Source: Paraphysomonas bandaiensis
Taxonomy: Eukaryota > Protista > Chrysophyceae
DNA: 64,000 nt
Reading direction: 5' to 3'
Assembly: GCA_965644295.1 (NCBI GenBank)
Contig: CBFFRP010000358.1
Location: forward strand, 1 to 64,000
Of this stretch, positions 1-9,575 are shown piece by piece. The first letter of the stretch is position 1. The number at the start of each line of letters is the position of its first letter. Both the position numbers and the translations under genes were made by a program. The notes beneath the pieces were generated by a model. The model searched no databases. It saw nothing but the letters and a program-made list of their open reading frames with translations, and had not been told where the DNA came from.

Positions 1-1046
1 CGTTATTTCTCTGAAATATATTCGTCAAAAAACAGCATGCATCAAAAAAAAACCTGATTTTTTTTGCTGGATCGACATATTCTGCTGGATCTTATATTCC
101 CACACACAAAAATTGTTGCCTTATTGGAATTCCAAGACATCATTCAAGTGCGTGGTATTCTCGCTACTTCAAAATTGGTTGCGGTTTCTGCAGCACGACA
201 TCATACTTTAGCTGGATGATGGTATCTTTGTTCCCTCAAACCATCCCTATCTGCTTCTTGAGTTCCAAAACGCTGTTCACATACCAGTGCCTGCCCATAC
301 TTCAATGTTCTGTTCGACGTCACACTTTAGTCAGCCGCATTTGCGATTACTAAGCCAACCCACAACTTCACTGCAATCGTCAGAGTTATCATCACGACTA
401 AGATTCGTGTCCTCACAGTGAGTGTTGCCTGGAGGACACTTTTATTGGCATGCTCCATTTCTGATTGGCTTCTGCGGTATATTTTTTTGGACAAGACGAT
501 GAAAAACGACGCTTTTGTTCTCGTTAGCGCGAAGGGCATCCCAGTAGAGTCTATAGAACTCCCATCCATACACTCGTATCCAGAATATACTAGAGCGCAA
601 GTAAAACTCCCTTGCCTGACAATCCTGGAGTTTTACTTGCGCTCTGGAGCTTGAGGAAGATTTTACCTTGCCCGACGATCCTGCAGAGTGTTCGATCATG
701 GAAGACCGCAGTCCTGATCCCTTCTATCAGACATTGCATGCTCTTTACTTGTCCAGATACACTGGATGAAATGATTCGTTACTAATATTCGCCGTAAGGG
801 AATGGATACTTTAACGAGCAGCAGCATGTGGCAGCTCGAACAGCCGAACTTGGAGACATCACGGTATCATGACCAGCTCATCGAAACCAATTCATTTCCG
901 TCGGCTTACTTAACACTGCTTCCTGCATCGTTTGTTTCTACTTATTTAGTAATATTTTTTGCTATCTGTTCCTTAGTCTTAGTTTGTTTCATTTTTACCA
1001 TTAACTAACATTCGATACAACGTAACTTTTACTTACATAACCTTTT

Positions 1047-1220
1047 CGACACTTAGTAACACTTACTTATCTACACTTAGTAACAACTTAGTAACACTTA
1101 CTTAGTAACACTTACTTCTATTCACACTTAGTAACTAAGCAAAAATGAGAACTTAAATCTTTCATTTAAGCAAAATGCGAACTCAAATCTTTCATTTTAT
1201 TAAGCAAAATGAGAACTCAT
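1047..1220. repeat. Short tandem repeats at the left edge of the viral block
   Basis: CACTTAGTAACACTTA-like units at 1047-1135, then three imperfect copies of TAAGCAAAATGaGAACTcA (1136, 1167, 1201), i.e. reiteration of the 3' end of ORF 1200-1583. Confidence 0.75.
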
Positions 1221-1583
1221 ATCCGAATCTTGGTGTTCTTCCTGCTTTTTACGAAAATTAATTTTCTCTAGATCGTGGTGAACTTTACGTGCTTTCTGAT
1301 TAAGTCGAGCAGCTTTATCCACCGTTTTTCGAGCTTTATGAAGACCTTTTTCTGCTGCGCTGGAAAGGGCTCCACCTATCGGGATATTTTTTAACCCTGC
1401 GTCATTCAATATGCGTAAACCATCATCTGCCGCATCAATGACTTTATGAGCTTTTACTACTTTTCGATCCACCTGTTTTAATCCTGAGTTAATTTTTCGT
1501 CCGATTTGTTTGCTATCCTTTTTCACCTTTTGACCGAGTCTTTTTGCTTGCTTGTTTATTTTTTTAATACCAACTCTTTTCAT
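1200..1583 (-). CDS. Small Lys/Arg-rich viral protein (possible core/DNA-condensing protein)
   Basis: 127 aa, highly basic, intronless, directly downstream of the minor capsid gene. Function inferred. Confidence 0.65.
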   Translation of the reverse strand: MKRVGIKKINKQAKRLGQKVKKDSKQIGRKINSGLKQVDRKVVKAHKVIDAADDGLRILNDAGLKNIPIGGALSSAAEKGLHKARKTVDKAARLNQKARKVHHDLEKINFRKKQEEHQDSDMSSHFA

Positions 1584-1606
1584 ATGTTTTTAATAATGTA
1601 AAGATT

Positions 1607-2326
1607 TTATTTATATCGAATCACTAATGTACAGGACCAGTGTTGACCATTTAAATCCACAATTCTACCTCTTTGATCAAGCAATCGTAAGTGTGTATTG
1701 ACTAAATTCTCAATTGAGTTAACCTGTGACATTAAATCTCCTTGATAGTAAATGACGCTATTTGGAGGAACCGAGTTTTGAATGCTGCAAAGGTAACATG
1801 CGTTCCGGGTATCGTTGCTTGATAAATTTTTTGTAATAAAATTGCTTGAGGTGATATGTAATGTGCGAATTGGGAATAGATTAATATTAGTATTGCTGGC
1901 AATAGTTTGATTAGTTGAGGTATAAGATTGTCCTTCGCTAAGCCCAAGCAGTTCAAAGCATGTAGATGTTGTGTATAATGTAAATTCATAATTTGCATGG
2001 GTGATGGTGTATGTATTTGTTGTGGATTGATAAGTAAAGATTAACCCTGTATTGTTTTGGAGAACTGTTTTTAAAGTGCTCACATTATAATTTCCTTGAG
2101 GAATGGTGAATTGTTGAATTCCACCACTGTTAATCTCATATACTAACAGCTGATTAATATTATCTACATTATAGAAACTTGTAGGTATTTCCGCGGATTT
2201 TACCCCTACTGTTAATTCAGTAATTTGCTTAGGTAGGTCTATCCTTGGTAGGTGAAAGATTACATCGCTCGTGTTTTGATTGATTTGTAAACTGGCATCT
2301 CGGGAGTTTAAAAATACTTGAATCAT
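1607..2326 (-). CDS. Putative minor capsid protein (penton, single jelly-roll)
   Basis: 239 aa, beta-strand-rich; N-terminal VFLNSRD, IPxSFYNV, IPQGNY and C-terminal LRLLDQRGRIVDLNGQHWS motifs typical of PLV/Polinton/NCLDV minor capsids; adjacent to the packaging ATPase. Confidence 0.7.
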   Translation of the reverse strand: MIQVFLNSRDASLQINQNTSDVIFHLPRIDLPKQITELTVGVKSAEIPTSFYNVDNINQLLVYEINSGGIQQFTIPQGNYNVSTLKTVLQNNTGLIFTYQSTTNTYTITHANYEFTLYTTSTCFELLGLSEGQSYTSTNQTIASNTNINLFPIRTLHITSSNFITKNLSSNDTRNACYLCSIQNSVPPNSVIYYQGDLMSQVNSIENLVNTHLRLLDQRGRIVDLNGQHWSCTLVIRYK

Positions 2327-2456
2327 TGCTTATTACTCTTGATAAAATGTTTTCGAGGATCATTTCGAATCCGGGGATATGGTCATATTCACACCCTCCG
2401 AGTCTTTTATTTATTTCATTTATATCGATAAGTAGATGGTAATCATAATGTTCCAT
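2229..2456 (-). CDS. Small hypothetical viral ORF
   Basis: ATG in AT-rich context fills the ATPase-penton gap, but the 3' part overlaps the penton ORF. Confidence 0.3.
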   Translation of the reverse strand: MEHYDYHLLIDINEINKRLGGCEYDHIPGFEMILENILSRVISNDSSIFKLPRCQFTNQSKHERCNLSPTKDRPT

Positions 2457-2469
2457 TTATAATATGGAA

Positions 2470-3195
2470 TTATTTTATTTGAAGCTGGTTAAAGTTTTTA
2501 TAAAATATGTTAGATACAATATCGATATCTAGATGATTATATGCTCGATCAAATACGTAATTATATAACTCAATTGCGTGATCTTTTTTCATACGGAGTA
2601 ACTCTTCGGATACCAGCTCAACTTCCTTGCGGTTTCTAAACTGGAATATTGTGACATTAGTTAACATTTTACGTAGTGTTAATTCAAATAGGTTGTAAGA
2701 CTGAAGAGTAAATATAGTTGATAAACCAATGTGTCTTGATTTTACGATGATTTTCTTTAATAGTGTAACTATTTGTTTATCTTTCAAATCATTAGCAAAG
2801 TCATCTATGATTAATAGAGAATTCTCAACAGGTAATTTATTTTCAATGCTATGTTTTTTAAATAAAGCAACTTCATCATATATATCTATTAATACCCCAT
2901 CTGTAAGCTCATGGTATTTTTTATCGTGGTTTTCAAAGGGGTGGTCCTTCACAGATAAATAACTTGATTCTGGGGAAATAAAGTAAATGTTGTCAAATTT
3001 TCCTCTGTAGTACTTGCTTGATCTAAATAATGAGAGTAGGAGGGAAGATTTACCTGAACCGGGTGCACCGATTAAAGCATATACAAACCCATTGCGGTTT
3101 GGAAGGTTAGGGTGGATATTTGGGATAAATATAGACATTGCTTCTTTCACAGGTTGGATATTAGGTAAATTACTTGGTTGCTCTGTTATGTGCAT
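2470..3195 (-). CDS. A32-like (FtsK-HerA) DNA packaging ATPase
   Basis: Walker A GAPGSGKS, Walker B LLIIDD, A32-specific SRH..STIFTLQ motif, C-terminal YNHLDID; 241 aa. Confidence 0.9.
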   Translation of the reverse strand: MHITEQPSNLPNIQPVKEAMSIFIPNIHPNLPNRNGFVYALIGAPGSGKSSLLLSLFRSSKYYRGKFDNIYFISPESSYLSVKDHPFENHDKKYHELTDGVLIDIYDEVALFKKHSIENKLPVENSLLIIDDFANDLKDKQIVTLLKKIIVKSRHIGLSTIFTLQSYNLFELTLRKMLTNVTIFQFRNRKEVELVSEELLRMKKDHAIELYNYVFDRAYNHLDIDIVSNIFYKNFNQLQIK

Positions 3196-3226
3196 TTTAT
3201 CTTACTTATCCTAATTATTTTTATTT

Positions 3227-4306
3227 TTAGGATTTATTTTTAGGAGGTCTACCTCTTCCTCTTTTTGGTGGTGGTGGTGGAGGTGGTGGTAAAAGTGGAG
3301 TTTTCGGGGATTTTGATTTTTCACTCTGTGGAGATTGTGTAATGTTTGAATCATCAAATTCCTCTATTGCTTTATGACTTTTTGGTTCTCTTTTTGTTTC
3401 TGTATTTTCTACCACTTTCTTTTTTGATTTAAATGCTGGTAATTCTTGATATTCCTCCTCGGTTATTGGAGCAGTACGCCTTGTTCGTTGTACCTTTGGT
3501 ACTGTTCTTAATCCCTTCGGTGCTTGATAATCTTCATCAGGTAATGATTCACTGCTATCTGTTGATAATGTATCAATCAACTCGCTGTGGCTATATTCTT
3601 TGCTTTGAGGAGTTTGTGGAGCTGCCGCTGTTAACGTAGAGTGTACATTTGATTGTTCTTCATTCATCTGCATGAACCGCTCACTTTCAGGTGTAAATGG
3701 TAATTCTCCTCCACCCATCTGCATAAAACGTTCGCGTTCTGGTGTGTATGGTGTTTTTAGACCTTCTTCTTGTGGTTTAATTGGTGATGGCTCTGTGAAC
3801 GTAACATGTGGTTCAGAGATATCAAATGCTTTTCGTCGTTTTGGTTTTGGTTTTGTTTCAGTCTGAACTAAACCTGTTACTAGATTTCCAGCTGTACTCA
3901 TTCGTGATTTCACTTTATTTTGATCAATCGCATTTGCAACGTGATAAGCAATAGCTTCGTTTCTCTCGTTCCAATCTCTTTTTGTTGGATTTGGTGTTTC
4001 CGATTGTGTGGAAGGCTTTGAGTTTTGTAAAAGTTCTAACTTTGCTTGAAGTAGTCCATCGTTCAACTTTTGTGTTTCTGCTTTGTTTCCTAATCCAAAC
4101 AATGGGTTTGTTGAAACATTACCCTGAAGTGGTTTGTTTGATTTCTCTTGAGGGATAAATAATCCTCTATCATCCTTTTTCTTTCTCCTGGCAGCTTTCT
4201 TTTTCCGACGTGCTCGTAGTTTATTTTGTATACGCTTTTTATCAATTCCGTATAATTTCACCAAATCATCGAGATCTAAATATATTTTATTTTTTGTTTT
4301 TCCCAT
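3227..4306 (-). CDS. Disordered basic viral protein with C-terminal AT-hook
   Basis: 359 aa; basic tract RARRKKKAARRKKK, duplicated TPExERFMQM motif, poly-Pro followed by PKRGRGRPPK. Confidence 0.75.
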   Translation of the reverse strand: MGKTKNKIYLDLDDLVKLYGIDKKRIQNKLRARRKKKAARRKKKDDRGLFIPQEKSNKPLQGNVSTNPLFGLGNKAETQKLNDGLLQAKLELLQNSKPSTQSETPNPTKRDWNERNEAIAYHVANAIDQNKVKSRMSTAGNLVTGLVQTETKPKPKRRKAFDISEPHVTFTEPSPIKPQEEGLKTPYTPERERFMQMGGGELPFTPESERFMQMNEEQSNVHSTLTAAAPQTPQSKEYSHSELIDTLSTDSSESLPDEDYQAPKGLRTVPKVQRTRRTAPITEEEYQELPAFKSKKKVVENTETKREPKSHKAIEEFDDSNITQSPQSEKSKSPKTPLLPPPPPPPPKRGRGRPPKNKS

Positions 4307-4317
4307 TCTTTATTTTA

Positions 4318-4836
4318 CTAACGAAAGAAATTATCGTATGTTTGAAATCGCTCTTTTCGAACTCTTGCTCTGTTATTCGATTGTCGCTTTGGTCCTCGTT
4401 TATAGTGTTGGTATTCTTCGTCATCGTAGTCATCTGCGTTATCCGATTCCTCATCAGTTTCACTGGATTCACTTTCCGATTCTTCCACAACAATCCGTGC
4501 TTTTGGTCTTTGTTTCTTTTTCCTGACAACTATATATTGTTCATCGGGGGTTTCTTCCTCGTCCGATGGAATTAACTTTGTAGTCACCATAGGTGTTTTA
4601 ACCTTTTTCTTTTTTAGTTGTTGATTTTCTTGTTGAATCAAGAGTTTTGAAGCCTCTATCATCTTTTCTTTTTTCTTTGCCTCAATAGATGCTATTCTCT
4701 TCTCACGAACTTTTTGAAATGCTTTCATCTGTGCTTCACTTCGGGGTTTTTTAGGTTTAGTGAGAGGAGTTTGAATTTCCGGGGTATTTTCTTCGATGGG
4801 AGCTTCGATTTGTTCGTTATCGTAAGTATCGGACAT
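4318..4836 (-). CDS. Charged hypothetical viral protein
   Basis: First ATG at 4836; KPKKPRSEAQMKAFQKVREKR basic helix, then acidic tracts. Confidence 0.7.
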   Translation of the reverse strand: MSDTYDNEQIEAPIEENTPEIQTPLTKPKKPRSEAQMKAFQKVREKRIASIEAKKKEKMIEASKLLIQQENQQLKKKKVKTPMVTTKLIPSDEEETPDEQYIVVRKKKQRPKARIVVEESESESSETDEESDNADDYDDEEYQHYKRGPKRQSNNRARVRKERFQTYDNFFR

Positions 4837-4912
4837 GTCTTTTAATAATACCAAGAAAATAATTTGGTTGGAAATTTAATAATCTAAAATTTTTATGTTG
4901 ATTATAATAAAC

Positions 4913-5446
4913 ATGCATCGTCAACCACCCGCACCACCAAAAGAATCAAAACCTGAAGTATACAATGAAATGAAAACACCGAGTATTATTTCAACCAGCG
5001 AAAACCCTTTTAAGTATCAACCTGTACCTGAAGTGAGTCTTTACGGTGCTAAACTTAAAGCTGATCATTTGTCCAAGAAAAACATACTGTTTACTAATGA
5101 AGCTAACCAATTTGTAAATGCTGTTCAGGATGCCCTTTCCAAATTTGATAAAAACTCGAATAGGTATAGCGAGGATATTTTGCTCTTTTGTATGTCTGCA
5201 TGTGAAAATGCAATCCTCGGTAAAAAACAGGGTGAATTAAAATTACAAATGGTAAAAGCTTGTGTGAAACCATTTTTCAATAATGATGAATTACTAATTG
5301 AGAAATGGGTCTCGCTTCTTATGCCTAAAATTCTTAATTATAAATTCTGGAATCGTAACTTACGTAAGATCGCTAGATTTTTTTTAAACTGTGTTTCGAT
5401 GAAGCAACAAGCACCATCACCCGACACGCAATCAAAGTTTCTGTAA
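4913..5446 (+). CDS. Hypothetical viral protein, divergent orientation
   Basis: Intronless ORF in the same AT-rich block; ATG at 4913 (alternative 4895). Confidence 0.65.
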   Translation: MHRQPPAPPKESKPEVYNEMKTPSIISTSENPFKYQPVPEVSLYGAKLKADHLSKKNILFTNEANQFVNAVQDALSKFDKNSNRYSEDILLFCMSACENAILGKKQGELKLQMVKACVKPFFNNDELLIEKWVSLLMPKILNYKFWNRNLRKIARFFLNCVSMKQQAPSPDTQSKFL

Positions 5447-5733
5447 AATATCTTCTCCCACTTTTAATAGCAATTGTTTAGCATGGGATTCTGTGTCACC
5501 CACACAAATTATGGTAGGGGATTCTGTGACACTCGTACGTCACGCGGATTCACACCCACGGATTATTCAATGTCGGTTAATTTCACAAGTGAGGGACCTT
5601 AGAAATCGACTTCGAAAAACGCTTTGCAGTTGTTGACACTTGCCAAAACCTTTGACTGAACCACCCTTCTTTCGGTATGTGCTCCCACCAATTTTCAGTA
5701 AGTGCTATCGCCTATAAATTGATGGAAGGGGTC

Positions 5734-5795
5734 TATATTGATATACGGGGAACTATGTGACACTAAAGTGTCACAGAGTCCCCGTATATCAATAT
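5734..5795. repeat. Near-perfect ~30-bp-arm palindrome/hairpin
   Basis: TATATTGATATACGGGGAACTATGTGACACT-AA-AGTGTCACAGAGTCCCCGTATATCAATATA; related GGGGATTCTGTGACACT at ~5517. Confidence 0.9.
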
Positions 5796-5899
5796 ATATC
5801 AAACGATGAGGAGTCCGTCGTACAGTGGAGCCCTTTAATCTCTCTACCACGGGATGGATAACTGGCAGTCTCCCTCAATAGTCTCTTGATGCTCCCATT

Positions 5900-6938
5900 A
5901 CGACCTGTACACTACAGTGGTTATGACCTGTACATGATTGTGACCTGTACACTACAGTGATTGTGGCCTCTATATTCTGCAAGGGTTATGACCTCTACAC
6001 TACAGTGGTTGTGACCTGGACACTACAGTGGTTGTGGCCTCTACACTGTAGTGGTTGTAACTATATTATCACTATTATAGCCTTATCTAAAAATTGACCG
6101 GGAAGAGGCCAATTGACCGTCTATGTATTGGGTTCACTTTTCTCTAAAACATAAGATTCTTTAAAATTTATGTTTTCTAATCTAACTTTTTTCATATCTA
6201 CAGTGTTCTTTTTCATAATTGAGAATCATTCAAATGTCATAATTAAAGCGCTTTTAGGATTGTATTACTTTTTATAAAATATACCATCTTTCAACAATGT
6301 ATCACAACTTTTTTTGATCCTTCATAACCGTCAAACAATTCAAAGTAAGATAGAGTGGAAAGGAAGAGTAATTACGATAGGAGGGCCCTTCTGGCCCAGG
6401 AAGAATGCCTGAGCGGCTCAGAGCGGCCCCCTGCCCTCCTGCTTTCTGTACACTGTAGTGGTTGTGGCCTCTACACTACAGTGGTTATGATATGTACACT
6501 ACAGTGGTTGTGGCCTCTACACTACAGTAGTTGTGGCCTCTACACTGCAGTCGTTATGATATGTACACTACAGTGGTTGTAGCCTTTACACTACAGTCGT
6601 TATGATATACACTACAGTGGTTGTGGCCTCTACACTACAGTGGTTATGATCTCTACACTACAGTGGTTGTAGCCTTTACACTGCAGTCGTTATGATATGT
6701 ACACTACAGTGATTGTGATATGTACACTACAGTGGTTATGATATGTACACTACAGTGGTTGTGGCCTCTACTCTGTAGTGGTTATGACCTCTACACTACA
6801 GTGGTTGTAGCCTTTACACTACAGTGGTTATGATATGTAGTGTTGTGGACTCTACACTGTAGTGACTGTGGCCTCTACACTGCAGTGGTTATGATATGTA
6901 CACTACAGTGGTTGTGGCCTCTACACTGCAGTGGTTGT
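5900..6938. repeat. ~23-bp minisatellite (TACACTACAGTGGTTGTGGCCTC) in two blocks
   Basis: Blocks at ~5900-6062 and ~6447-6938, separated by ~380 bp of unrelated sequence; variant units end in ATGATATG. Confidence 0.9.
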
Positions 6939-7219
6939 GAGTTTTGGAGTGCTAATCATAGTGTTATAGGTACCTCAGTACTACAACTGTCCTCGATTGT
7001 GGAGCAATACCCCCTACTATATTCTTTCTCTGTGACAACTGCGTTTCACTATAGCGCGAGAATAGGTTTCGATGGCAGCAGCATCGGTTCTCTGATGCCC
7101 CTGATGAGATATTTGTCCATCCTAAGATACGATGCTGAAATACATGATGCACATTGAATATTGCATGCATTCAATATTTGCTAGAGTATGCTCCCACGTT
7201 TGACTACGTGAATACTCAA

Positions 7220-7335
7220 TTCCACCTAGTCAACCTAGTCATTGTAAACTTCAAAATGTAATTATTTAATGACTAGGTTTTTACACCAATTTTGGTGTGA
7301 GTAGGAAATTCCACCAAATTGACTAGGTCGAAAAA
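7220..7335 (+). repeat. Dispersed GACTAGG-motif repeat, partial copy
   Basis: TAGGTTTTTACACCAATTTTGG..TAGGAAA.TCCACCAAATTGACTAGGT shared with 30760-30820. Confidence 0.7.
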
Positions 7336-9575
7336 TAAATCCAGCCAATATATAAAACGGCTGCGGAACAACTCATTCGATTAGGATTAGGGTTAAGCCT
7401 CTAATAATCTTTGGGGTGCCATTGATATATCTCCTACTACATTTGGTATAGTGTAAGCCAATCTTAAACTTAAACTTACCAGAACACTTAAACTAGCCGA
7501 CGAGGCTTTTGACAGATCTTTAAGTTACTTTAAGACTTTTAAAGTTGTCAAACATAAGTGTCCTCTTTTATATAGTCGCTGAGGATTTGTGTATGGCAAA
7601 AACAATAAAAAGTGCAGAACAACCCTCTCAACAAACCCCCAACGACCATAGAGAAGAGGATACTTATGTTTGACAGACTGCTTGTTAAAAAGGAACATTT
7701 TGTAGAAAATGCCTCTCCAGAAGCAAGGCATTGACTTATGCTAGTCGAAACGCTAATAAACTCGGCTAGACAGCTGGTGAATGGGGTATGGGAGCAATTG
7801 AGAAGATGTATCGTAGGCTACTTCTGCTCTGCCGTTTAATCAAAATTGATGCTACACAATATAACTACCGTGTGAAAACTTGTAGTATAACTCAGAGTAG
7901 GCAACTATTTTTTGTGCAATCATAATAATAATAATCATAATTCTAAGTTGCCATAACTTTAAGAATTAGGTGTTACTATGAATTGATTATTTGTTACCAT
8001 CCGGCACAAAGTTACTCAGTGCCAACATCAACATCATGTTTGTGACGTTGTTCCTCACGCTCCTCTCTTTAAATGCGGAATTCGGCTTCTTGTGGACTCC
8101 ATGTCCTGTGAAATTGGGAGTTTGCAATTGTACTCCAACGTCTGGTCCTCCCATCCGTCCAAAGTATAATTAATCACGTAATGTATGTTATTGCACATAC
8201 CCATGCCTAGAGGCAGCCTAGTCTCTCTTCTACAAGAGACAGCAGACTGATTCTGCGCCTACAAATTCCAGAGGCGACGTTTCATGCACTCAACATTTTC
8301 AGTTGCGGCACGCAAGTACTTCATGCGGCGGTAAAGTCTTGCTCGCTTCCGCTGCCTGCTACTATCTATTTATTATAATTAAGGTTACTCCGTCCGCGTT
8401 TACGACTAAATTATTAAAAGCAGCGTTATGGTTGAGGGCGTGAATGGAACTGATAACTGTTACTATATCTTCGCATCTGCTATTGAACAGCGGTAAGGAA
8501 TTCTTCCAGTATATATGCGTTTATATACAACACGATTAAGTTGCGTGTTTATGCCGTATCACACACTCCTGTCTTCGGCATAATATGTCTCCTGTAATAT
8601 GCGCTAGACTCTTCAATGTGGTGTTCACAGCAGCTGGTAGTCTGGATTGGAGTATAGAGTAGTAGCTCTGTAGCTGTATTGTTGGTAACCTCAAGGAGAA
8701 GACCGAAGGTGCATATGGCTCGGCAGGAGACGAGGGAGAAGCGGGATCAAAGAAGGGGAATAGGAAGTGTTCTATCCGGAAGATGCCATAGTAAGAGTGT
8801 CATCTGAGAGTGGTATCAGCTCTGTAGCATTCGGATGTATGTGTATGTTCGTGTGTTGTGATTCACACAACAATGATCACCTCATCCGATAAACCATACC
8901 TCTTGAGCACTCCTCGCTGTCATTAACAATGTCTTACTTAACATTGTATCTGTGGCGTGAAATGGTTCTGTGATGATTATATGTTGCTGCAATGTGTGTT
9001 ATCTCGTTGAGCGGTGTGAATACATTATAGATATTATTTTTATACTACAATGTGTGTCAAACGATAAGCTGAGTGAATACTCAGTATGCTCATGTTGCAC
9101 CGCTGATATACCTGACTTCTACTGACATTCTTGAGTTCTTAATGTGAACATACCGAATTTTTAACTCGAATGCAATACTCCGGTTGCTCTTTTGGTGCGC
9201 CGTGTCCCGGATGACCACCCAAGCATGAAAAATGTGTATCCAATATTGATAGTTTATAACTGCATTAGAACAGACAGAACGTACACTCAATAATAGATTG
9301 TGATAACTATATTGTCATTTTCACGAAATTTATTCTCTCAACTTCCCAATCAATTTCATACGATTGTAGTTAGTAGCGATCTTACAGACTCAGAAACTTA
9401 CCAGCTCACATCTATCCTGTAAAGATAGGTGGCCGTTCTTTTTTGCTGTTCACGCTGCAAACACTGTATTGGGATTGCAAAAACTGAAGTGCAAAAAACA
9501 TCAGCGCCCCTTCGTTGAAAAAGTCTGTAATAGATTTCTGTGGAATGCAAGTACGATTGAAGATGCTATACGTGC

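Larger units (their letters stand above)
1200..5446. mobile_element. Endogenous Polinton-like virus/virophage-related (Preplasmiviricota-type) element, partial
   Basis: Seven intronless, AT-rich ORFs; spacers between the co-oriented ORFs are only 11-31 nt, in an otherwise intron-rich genome. Includes an A32/FtsK-HerA packaging ATPase beside a minor-capsid-like ORF. No MCP, pPolB, protease or integrase seen; ends undefined. Confidence 0.8.

Noticed and set aside
1-1010. Short ORFs left of the virus as viral or transposase genes
   Set aside because: No recognisable motifs; frames interrupted by stops.
5900-6938. CRISPR-like repeats / Cys-rich ORFs
   Set aside because: Contiguous minisatellite without spacers; the translations are repeat artefacts.
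7400-8900. Coding-like minus-strand sequence
   Set aside because: Multiple stops and no identifiable family; at most an unassignable pseudogene.
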